The notes under the pieces: model-generated
What the model saw: the letters and a program-made list of their open reading frames with translations, nothing else
Told to the model about the DNA's origin: nothing
Database searches by the model: none
Position numbers and translations under genes: made by a program
Part shown: one piece after another, positions 57,338-64,000 of the stretch
How positions within the stretch are numbered: the stretch's first letter is position 1
Layout of the letters: each line of letters starts with the position of its first letter
From: Flavobacteriaceae bacterium
GTDB taxonomy: Bacteria; Bacteroidota; Bacteroidia; Flavobacteriales; Flavobacteriaceae
Reading direction: 5' to 3'
Length of the DNA: 64,000 bases
Assembly (NCBI GenBank): GCA_050300615.1
Contig: JBNKYB010000041.1
Location: forward strand, 6,814 to 70,813

Positions 57338-59590
57338 ATGAAAAACTTTACCCTTTTTATTTTATTACTAGTTTTATTTTCTAGTTGCAAAGAAAGTGTT
57401 AAACAGAATAATCAGCATCAAGCATCAGTTGCAAAGTTTGTCGATCCCTTTATAGGTACGGGAGGACACGGGCATACATACCCAGGAGCAACGGTTCCCT
57501 TTGGCATGGTGCAGGTGAGTCCAGATAATGGTATTTCAAGTTGGGATTGGTGTTCAGGGTATCATTATTCAGATTCTATTGTTGTTGGTTTTAGTCATTT
57601 ACATCTAAGTGGAACAGGTATTGGCGATTTGGCCGATATATTGTTTATGCCAACAAATAAAACAGTTGATTTAACCATTAATACAACTTCACGAGATTCA
57701 CTTCCTTACAAATCATCGTATAGTCACACTAACGAGAAATCAAGCCCTGGATACTATCAAGTATTTCTTGAGGATCCGAAAGTGAATGTAGAATTAACAT
57801 CTTCTTTAAGAACAGCCTATCATAAATATACATTTACGAATAATGATGATCAATCGGTAGTTGTTGATTTGGGATTTGCTATTAATTGGGATAAAGCTTT
57901 AAAATCTTCTATAACGATTGAAGATGACCATACGATAAGTGGTTATCGTTTTAGTACGGGTTGGGCAAAAAACCAAAAAGTGTTTTTTGTTGCTAAATTT
58001 TCCAAACCTATTTTAAAGTACACATTGGCATATAATCAAAATAGTATTGATGGGCAATATGTAGAGGGGGAAAAAGCTAAAGCGCAATTATTTTTTAATG
58101 CCGAAGGCAGTAGCGAATTACTTGTAAAAGTAGCCGTTTCATCGGTTAGTGTTGCCAATGCCAAAGAGAATTTAGATTCAGGAGGTTTTAATTTTGAGCA
58201 AGTAAAAACGGAAGCTGAGAATACATGGGATACAGCCTTATCAAAAATAGAGGTTGAAACCCCAGTTGATTCGCTTAAAACCATTTTTTATACGGCGTTA
58301 TACCACACACAATTGGCACCAGTCACTTTTAGTGATAAAAATGGTCAATTTAGAAAAGAAAATGATAGCATAGTAACGGCCACAAATTACACGGCTTATT
58401 CTACCTTATCGCTTTGGGACACTTTTAGAGCAGAAAATCCTTTGCTTACTTTAATAGCGCCAGATAAAACGTCTGATATTATCAACTCAATGTTGGCCTA
58501 TTACAGTACCAAAAAAATATTGCCTGTTTGGACGCTTTATGCCAATGAAACCAATTGCATGACAGGGTATCATTCCATTCCTGTTATTGTAGATGCTTAT
58601 TTGAAAGGAATTAAGGGGTTTGATGCTGAAAAAGCATATGAAGCTATGAAAGCAACTATGATGCAAGACGAACGTGGTTTAGATCTTTATAAAAAGTACG
58701 GATATATACCGTATAATTTATTAGACGAATCTGTTACCATTACCTTGGAATACGCCTTTGATGATTGGTGTGTAGCTCAAATGGCAAAAGCTTTAGGTAA
58801 AGAGGATGATTACAATTATTTTCTAAATCGTTCTAAAGCATATCAAAATGTATTTGATTCTAAAACAGGGTTTATGCGAGGTAAATCTGATGATGGTAAA
58901 TCTTGGAATGAACCTTTTGATCCAAAGCATTCCAATCACAGAGAACATACTGATTATACCGAAGGTAATGCGTGGCAACATAGTTGGTTTGTACCTCAAG
59001 ATGTTGAAAATCTAGTTCAGCTACATGGAGGGGACGATATTTTTACTAGCCGCTTAGAACAATTATTTACAGAAAGCTCTGAAATTACAGGTGAAAATGT
59101 TTCGGCTGATATTTCAGGTTTAATCGGTCAATATGCACATGGAAATGAACCGAGTCATCATATTGCTTATATGTTTAACCACGCTAATAAACCATGGCTA
59201 ACACAATATTGGGTGCGTCATATTTTAGATACCCAATATAACACTACACCAAATGGATTAAGTGGTAATGAAGACTGCGGACAAATGTCGGCTTGGTACG
59301 TGTTCAGTTCCATAGGTTTATATCCAATGAATCCAGCTTCTGGTTATTATGAAATTGGAAGTCCAATTTTTGAAAAGTCAACCATTAATCTTCCAAATGG
59401 AAAAACATTTGTGATTGAAGCAGAAAATGTTTCAGACAAAAACATTTACATTAAAGCAGCCACACTTAATGGGGAAGAATTCAACAAGACATCAATCTCT
59501 CACAAAGACATTATTAAAGGAGGCGTTCTTCATTTAGTTATGAGTCCTAAACCAAATAAAAATTGGGGTTTAACAACTAAAAAAGACTAA
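57338..59590 (+). CDS. GH92 alpha-mannosidase (lipoprotein)
   Basis: 750 aa. Signal with Cys (LFSSC), GTGGHGHTYPGATVPFGMVQ, GNEPSHHIAY, GNEDCGQMSAW. Confidence 0.9.
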   Translation: MKNFTLFILLLVLFSSCKESVKQNNQHQASVAKFVDPFIGTGGHGHTYPGATVPFGMVQVSPDNGISSWDWCSGYHYSDSIVVGFSHLHLSGTGIGDLADILFMPTNKTVDLTINTTSRDSLPYKSSYSHTNEKSSPGYYQVFLEDPKVNVELTSSLRTAYHKYTFTNNDDQSVVVDLGFAINWDKALKSSITIEDDHTISGYRFSTGWAKNQKVFFVAKFSKPILKYTLAYNQNSIDGQYVEGEKAKAQLFFNAEGSSELLVKVAVSSVSVANAKENLDSGGFNFEQVKTEAENTWDTALSKIEVETPVDSLKTIFYTALYHTQLAPVTFSDKNGQFRKENDSIVTATNYTAYSTLSLWDTFRAENPLLTLIAPDKTSDIINSMLAYYSTKKILPVWTLYANETNCMTGYHSIPVIVDAYLKGIKGFDAEKAYEAMKATMMQDERGLDLYKKYGYIPYNLLDESVTITLEYAFDDWCVAQMAKALGKEDDYNYFLNRSKAYQNVFDSKTGFMRGKSDDGKSWNEPFDPKHSNHREHTDYTEGNAWQHSWFVPQDVENLVQLHGGDDIFTSRLEQLFTESSEITGENVSADISGLIGQYAHGNEPSHHIAYMFNHANKPWLTQYWVRHILDTQYNTTPNGLSGNEDCGQMSAWYVFSSIGLYPMNPASGYYEIGSPIFEKSTINLPNGKTFVIEAENVSDKNIYIKAATLNGEEFNKTSISHKDIIKGGVLHLVMSPKPNKNWGLTTKKD

Positions 59591-59596
59591 TAATAA

Positions 59597-61474
59597 ATGG
59601 ATATCATAGATTTAAGCATTATAATTTTTTACGTCCTCTTAACTGTTGGAGTAGGCGTTTGGATTTCTAAAAGGGCATCAAAAGGGTTAGATCATTACTT
59701 CTTAGGGGGGAAATCTATCAAATGGTACTATTTAGGTTTAAGTAATGGCTCAGGTATGTTTGATATATCTGGCACGGCATGGATGGTTGGTATTTTGTTT
59801 TTATACGGCGTAAAAAGTTTCATGTTTATGTGGCTTTGGCCCATATGGAATCAAATTTTTGTCATGATGTTCTTAGCCGTTTGGATTAGGCGATCTAAAG
59901 TGATGACGGGTTCTGAATGGATTTTAACGCGCTTTGGAAATGACAGAGCAGGTAAAGCATCTCATATTATAGTGGCTATTTTTGCTATTGTTTCGGCCAT
60001 AGGGTTTATAGCCTACTTTTTTGAAGGGATTGGTAAATTTATGACCGTTATTTTACCTTGGGATTTAACCCTTCATTTAGGTCAGTCCGTCTTATTTAGC
60101 TCAGAACAATCATATGCATTGATTATCATATTCTTAACTACGGTATACACGGTTAAAGGAGGTATGTTTTCTGTGGTTGCTACCGAAGTGTTACAGTATG
60201 GTATTATGGTCATTGCGGGTATTCTTGTGGCAGGTTATACGTTAATATATTTCACAGATATTCAAATAACCTCTGTAATTTCAGAAGAATGGAAGAATGT
60301 ATTTTTTAATTGGGAACTTGATGAGCAATGGAGTTCAAAATATCAAGTTTTTAATAATTTAATAGATTCTGAAGGCTATAAAATGTTAGGGGCTTTGGTA
60401 GGAATGTCTCTATTTAAAGGATTTTTTGCCAGTATTGCTGGGCCAATACCAAGCTATGACTTACAAAGGATACTGTCTACAAAATCAGTTAAAGAGGCAG
60501 CTTACATGAGTGGTTTTACCAATTTAATTTTATTTATTCCAAGGTATTTATTAATTGCAGGTATTGTTGTTATTGCTTTAGTTACATTGGCTCCGGAGAT
60601 GGCTTCAAATACAGCTTTAAGTGGTGCCGATTTAGAAATATTATTACCAAAAATTATAAATTTTCACGTACCAGTGGGGATAAAAGGGTTATTGTTAGCA
60701 GGACTATTGGCAGCTTTTATGTCCACATTTTCTGCATTTGTAAATGCAGGGCCAGCTTATATAGTTAATGATATTTATAAGAAATATTTTAAACCTAAAG
60801 CAACAAGTGAGCACTATATTAAAATAAGCCATATAGCCTCATTTGTAGTTGTAGGTTTAGGTGTTTTTATGGGCTTTTTTGCAGACTCTATTAACTCATT
60901 AACATTGTGGATTACAAGTTCTTTATTTGGAGGTTATGTGGCAGCCAATTTTTTAAAATGGGTATGGTGGCGTTTTAATGGATGGGGGTATTTTTGGGGA
61001 ATGTTTTCAGGACTTGTGATAGCTTCATTGCAATTTGTTTTAGATCAAAATAAAGGAAACTTTACAACAGGAACATTTTTTTATAATTTATCAGAACTAC
61101 AGGCTATTTACTTATTTCCAATCATATTTGGGTTTTCAATAATTGGGTCACTTTTAGGAACCTTCTTAACAAAACCTACAAATATTGATGTATTAAAATC
61201 GTTTTACACCAATGTAAGACCTTGGGGGTTTTGGAAGCCGGTTTATAATACATTAAAATCTGAAGACGCCTCTTTTACAAAGAATAAAGATTTTTCAAGA
61301 GATATGTTAAACTGCGTTATAGGAATTGTATGGCAATCCAGTATGATTGTGCTGCCAATATTTCTGTTAATTAGAGACTATCCAAAGACAATAATTTCGT
61401 TGATTGTGTTTTTAGTCACTTCAATCATTTTAAAATATACTTGGTTGGATAGAGTTAGAAGACTACCTGATTAA
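59597..61474 (+). CDS. sodium:solute symporter (SSS) family transporter
   Basis: 625 aa, about 13-14 TM helices. Typical SSS N-terminus (YFLGGKSI). Confidence 0.8.
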   Translation: MDIIDLSIIIFYVLLTVGVGVWISKRASKGLDHYFLGGKSIKWYYLGLSNGSGMFDISGTAWMVGILFLYGVKSFMFMWLWPIWNQIFVMMFLAVWIRRSKVMTGSEWILTRFGNDRAGKASHIIVAIFAIVSAIGFIAYFFEGIGKFMTVILPWDLTLHLGQSVLFSSEQSYALIIIFLTTVYTVKGGMFSVVATEVLQYGIMVIAGILVAGYTLIYFTDIQITSVISEEWKNVFFNWELDEQWSSKYQVFNNLIDSEGYKMLGALVGMSLFKGFFASIAGPIPSYDLQRILSTKSVKEAAYMSGFTNLILFIPRYLLIAGIVVIALVTLAPEMASNTALSGADLEILLPKIINFHVPVGIKGLLLAGLLAAFMSTFSAFVNAGPAYIVNDIYKKYFKPKATSEHYIKISHIASFVVVGLGVFMGFFADSINSLTLWITSSLFGGYVAANFLKWVWWRFNGWGYFWGMFSGLVIASLQFVLDQNKGNFTTGTFFYNLSELQAIYLFPIIFGFSIIGSLLGTFLTKPTNIDVLKSFYTNVRPWGFWKPVYNTLKSEDASFTKNKDFSRDMLNCVIGIVWQSSMIVLPIFLLIRDYPKTIISLIVFLVTSIILKYTWLDRVRRLPD

Positions 61475-61542
61475 GTAAGTATAACTTATCTTTATAGAAA
61501 ACAAAAATCAAATTAAGTTCAATAATAAAACAATAATAAAAA

Positions 61543-62508
61543 GTGAGCAATATTCCTTGGCAAGATAAACCTGAAAACAGTAATGACGTTATGTGGCGTT
61601 ATTCTGAAAACCCCATTATAAATAGGTACGACATACCATCTTCCAATAGTATTTTTAATAGTGCAGTGGTGCCCTTTGGAGATGGATTTGCCGGCGTTTT
61701 TAGATGCGATAATAAAGCGGTACAAATGAATATTTTTGCAGGTTTTAGCAACAACGGAATTGATTGGGATATTAATCATGAACCTATTGTCATGCAAGCC
61801 GGTAATACAGATATGATAGATTCGGATTATAAATACGATCCTCGGGTTGTGTTTATTGAAGACCGCTATTGGATAACTTGGTGTAATGGCTATCATGGGC
61901 CAACAATTGGCATTGGTTACACATTCGATTTCAAGGAATTTTTTCAATGTGAAAATGCCTTTTTACCTTTCAATAGAAATGGCGTTTTATTTCCTCAGAA
62001 AATAAACGGAAAGTATGCTATGTTGAGTAGACCTAGTGATAACGGCCACACGCCGTTTGGTGATATTTACATTAGTTACAGTCCAGACATGAAATATTGG
62101 GGAGAGCATCGTTGTGTTATGAAAGCAGCCCCTTTTGAGGACAGTGCGTGGCAATGTACTAAAATTGGCGCAGGCCCAATTCCAATTTTAACAGATGAAG
62201 GATGGTTGATGTTATACCATGGTGTTATCAATACCTGTAACGGATTTCGTTATGCTATGGGTGCCGCTATTTTAGAAGAAAATGAACCCGATAAAGTAAA
62301 GTATAGAACGCAACCTTATTTATTGGGTCCTGCGGTTTCTTATGAGCAAAATGGGGATGTACCTAATGTGGTATTTCCATGTGCTGCCTTACACGATATT
62401 AAAGAAGATAAGCTAGCTGTATATTACGGTGCAGCAGATACGGTTGTTGCAATGGCTTTTGGAAAATTAAGTGAAGTCATTGAATTTACAAAGAATAACA
62501 GTTTATAA
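61543..62508 (+). CDS. GH130 glycoside phosphorylase (beta-1,4-mannoside phosphorylase family)
   Basis: 321 aa with a GTG start in the track ORF. Five-bladed-propeller family motifs ([41 protein letters not shown]). Confidence 0.85.
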   Translation: MSNIPWQDKPENSNDVMWRYSENPIINRYDIPSSNSIFNSAVVPFGDGFAGVFRCDNKAVQMNIFAGFSNNGIDWDINHEPIVMQAGNTDMIDSDYKYDPRVVFIEDRYWITWCNGYHGPTIGIGYTFDFKEFFQCENAFLPFNRNGVLFPQKINGKYAMLSRPSDNGHTPFGDIYISYSPDMKYWGEHRCVMKAAPFEDSAWQCTKIGAGPIPILTDEGWLMLYHGVINTCNGFRYAMGAAILEENEPDKVKYRTQPYLLGPAVSYEQNGDVPNVVFPCAALHDIKEDKLAVYYGAADTVVAMAFGKLSEVIEFTKNNSL

Positions 62509-62514
62509 TTAAAC

Positions 62515-63588
62515 ATGCAAAACAAGTTTAGGATAGTATTAATAGCAGTAAATTTGATATCCTTGTTTGGTTGTGCGCAATCAAGCAAGGACATCACCCC
62601 ACGAACATATATTGCTTATAATACATCAGAAAAAATAGTTATTGATGGTGATGATTCCGAAGCGTCTTGGAAACAAGCACAGTGGACGGATGCTTTTATT
62701 GATATTGAAGGTGTTAAAAAACCTAAATACAAGACACAGGTTAAAATGCTTTGGGATGACACCTACTTTTACATTCTGGCAAAACTGGATGAGCCTCATG
62801 TTTGGGCGACTTTAAAGCAACGTGATACCATTATTTTTTACAATAACGATTTTGAGGTATTTATAGATCCTGATGGGGACACTTATAATTACTACGAATT
62901 AGAAATGAATGCGTTGAATACCGTTTGGGATTTGTTCATCAATAAGCCTTATAGAGAATTGGGGAATGTGGTTTTAAATGATTGGACATTAACTGGATTA
63001 AAATCAGCAGTTAAGATAAACGGTACCATCAATAATCCATCTGATACAGATGAAGGTTGGCAAATAGAATTAGCGATTCCATGGGCTGCTTACAAAACAT
63101 CGTATTACCAAGATAATGTGCCAAGAGACCAGTTTTGGCGTGTAGATTTTTCAAGAGTCAACTGGCAGCATTCGGTTACAAATGGAACATATGAACGGAA
63201 AAAGGATGCAAACGGTGAATTTCTTCCTGAATATAATTGGGTATGGTCTCCCATAGGTGTCATTAATATGCATGAACCAGAGAAATGGGGGTATGTCTAT
63301 TTTTCTTCAAAAGAAATTGGTTCAAAAGACACATTTTCAATTCCACAAGATGACAAAGTTAAATGGGAATTGTATAGTTTGTATAGAGCACAAAAAGCGT
63401 ATTATAAAGATCACAAATCTTGGGCAACCTCAATAGATAACATTTCAAAAGAACCTGTTTCTATTGATGGTAACATATTAAAGCCTTCTTTAGAAAATCA
63501 TTCAACCGGATTCAATATTTCAATTAAGAGTCCTTTTTCAAATAAAACTTTAATTATTAAAGAAAACGGAAAAATTGTATCAAAATAA
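62515..63588 (+). CDS. carbohydrate-binding family 9-like lipoprotein
   Basis: 357 aa. Lipobox LFGC. IDGDDSEASW...YFYILAKLDEPHVWA...DFEVFIDPDGD...YYELEMNALN resembles CBM9/DOMON-like modules. Confidence 0.6.
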   Translation: MQNKFRIVLIAVNLISLFGCAQSSKDITPRTYIAYNTSEKIVIDGDDSEASWKQAQWTDAFIDIEGVKKPKYKTQVKMLWDDTYFYILAKLDEPHVWATLKQRDTIIFYNNDFEVFIDPDGDTYNYYELEMNALNTVWDLFINKPYRELGNVVLNDWTLTGLKSAVKINGTINNPSDTDEGWQIELAIPWAAYKTSYYQDNVPRDQFWRVDFSRVNWQHSVTNGTYERKKDANGEFLPEYNWVWSPIGVINMHEPEKWGYVYFSSKEIGSKDTFSIPQDDKVKWELYSLYRAQKAYYKDHKSWATSIDNISKEPVSIDGNILKPSLENHSTGFNISIKSPFSNKTLIIKENGKIVSK

Positions 63589-63594
63589 ACTATT

Positions 63595-64000
63595 ATGAAA
63601 CTATCAAAACTCGTATTACTACTGTTTGTAATTAGCCTCTTTTCATGTGCTAATAAAGAAGCAAAGCCAATAACAAAAGAAGAAATTGAACCAGCCTTTA
63701 ATTTTGGAGTATGGACTTCTGCGGATTCAAAAAAATCAAATGAAGAGTATGTTGCTGAATTTCAAAAATATAAAAAAGCAGGCATTGATGAAGTTTTAAT
63801 AAACACTAACACAGATCCAGAACTTTTAAAACGATTAGTGCCTCTAGCAACTAATGAAGGTTTAAAAGTGCATGCTTGGATTATGACCATGAATAGACCA
63901 GGAGATTCTATTGCTTTGCAACACCCAGATTGGTATATGGTAAGCAGAAGCGGAAAATCATGTTTTGATGATAGACCCTATGTAGATTATTATCAATGGT
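63595..64000 (+). CDS. lipoprotein, probable TIM-barrel glycoside-hydrolase-like protein (5' part; runs off the window)
   Basis: Own translation: MKLSKLVLLLFVISLFSCANKEAKP...GIDEVLINTNTDPELLKRLVPLATNEGLKVHAWIMTMN...DYYQW. Open to the window end. Family uncertain. Confidence 0.45.
   Translation, partial: MKLSKLVLLLFVISLFSCANKEAKPITKEEIEPAFNFGVWTSADSKKSNEEYVAEFQKYKKAGIDEVLINTNTDPELLKRLVPLATNEGLKVHAWIMTMNRPGDSIALQHPDWYMVSRSGKSCFDDRPYVDYYQW

Noticed and set aside
61519-61947. 142-aa minus-strand ORF
   Set aside because: It is entirely antisense to the well-supported GH130 gene, has low-complexity and odd composition, and shows no motifs. It is a shadow ORF.

Overview
AT-rich (about one-third G+C by eye) chromosomal segment that looks like Flavobacteriia (Bacteroidota). 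Supporting signs are T9SS C-terminal sorting domains, TTTG-N19-TAnnTTTG promoter boxes, TonB-dependent receptors and GH92/GH130/GH29 glycan genes. I support about 55 protein genes and two canonical tRNAs.

Gene content, left to right:
- SPFH fragment, TPR protein, TerB, mfd, TlpA-like oxidoreductase, interrupted yraN.
- Metal-uptake island: TBDR, DtxR-type regulator, membrane DtxR-FeoA-FeoA fusion, split FeoB, convergent canonical feoAB with a small Cys-rich ORF, SCO1.
- rseP, tRNA-Asn, tRNA-Arg, manA, ArsC-like, DinB, cystathionine lyase.
- Two gdhA paralogs flanking a REC-REC-PPDK_N protein.
- PorZ-like protein, recO, T9SS cargo, recX, GIY-YIG nuclease, JmjC-like protein, hydrolase, flotillin/NfeD, TBDR with divergent MocR regulator.
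- Three tandem DUF2975 genes plus an HTH regulator, then umuC-umuD.
- N-glycan/mannoside cluster: GH29, long NagB, LytTR two-component system, GH92, SSS transporter, GH130, CBM9-like protein.

I saw no CRISPR array, cas gene, transposase, integrase, rRNA or recognisable defence system.

Most notable observations:
1. A family of two-stem palindromic ~85-nt repeats surrounds a GIY-YIG mini-nuclease gene.
2. A related copy of that repeat appears to sit in frame inside mfd.
3. A compact mosaic of tRNA halves lies in 3'half-5'half order next to a degenerate tRNA-Asn.
4. A DtxR-linked split FeoB system.
5. An orphan REC-PPDK_N protein between duplicated gdhA genes.

All calls come from reading the sequence and ORF translations and from remembered family signatures. 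No searches were run.
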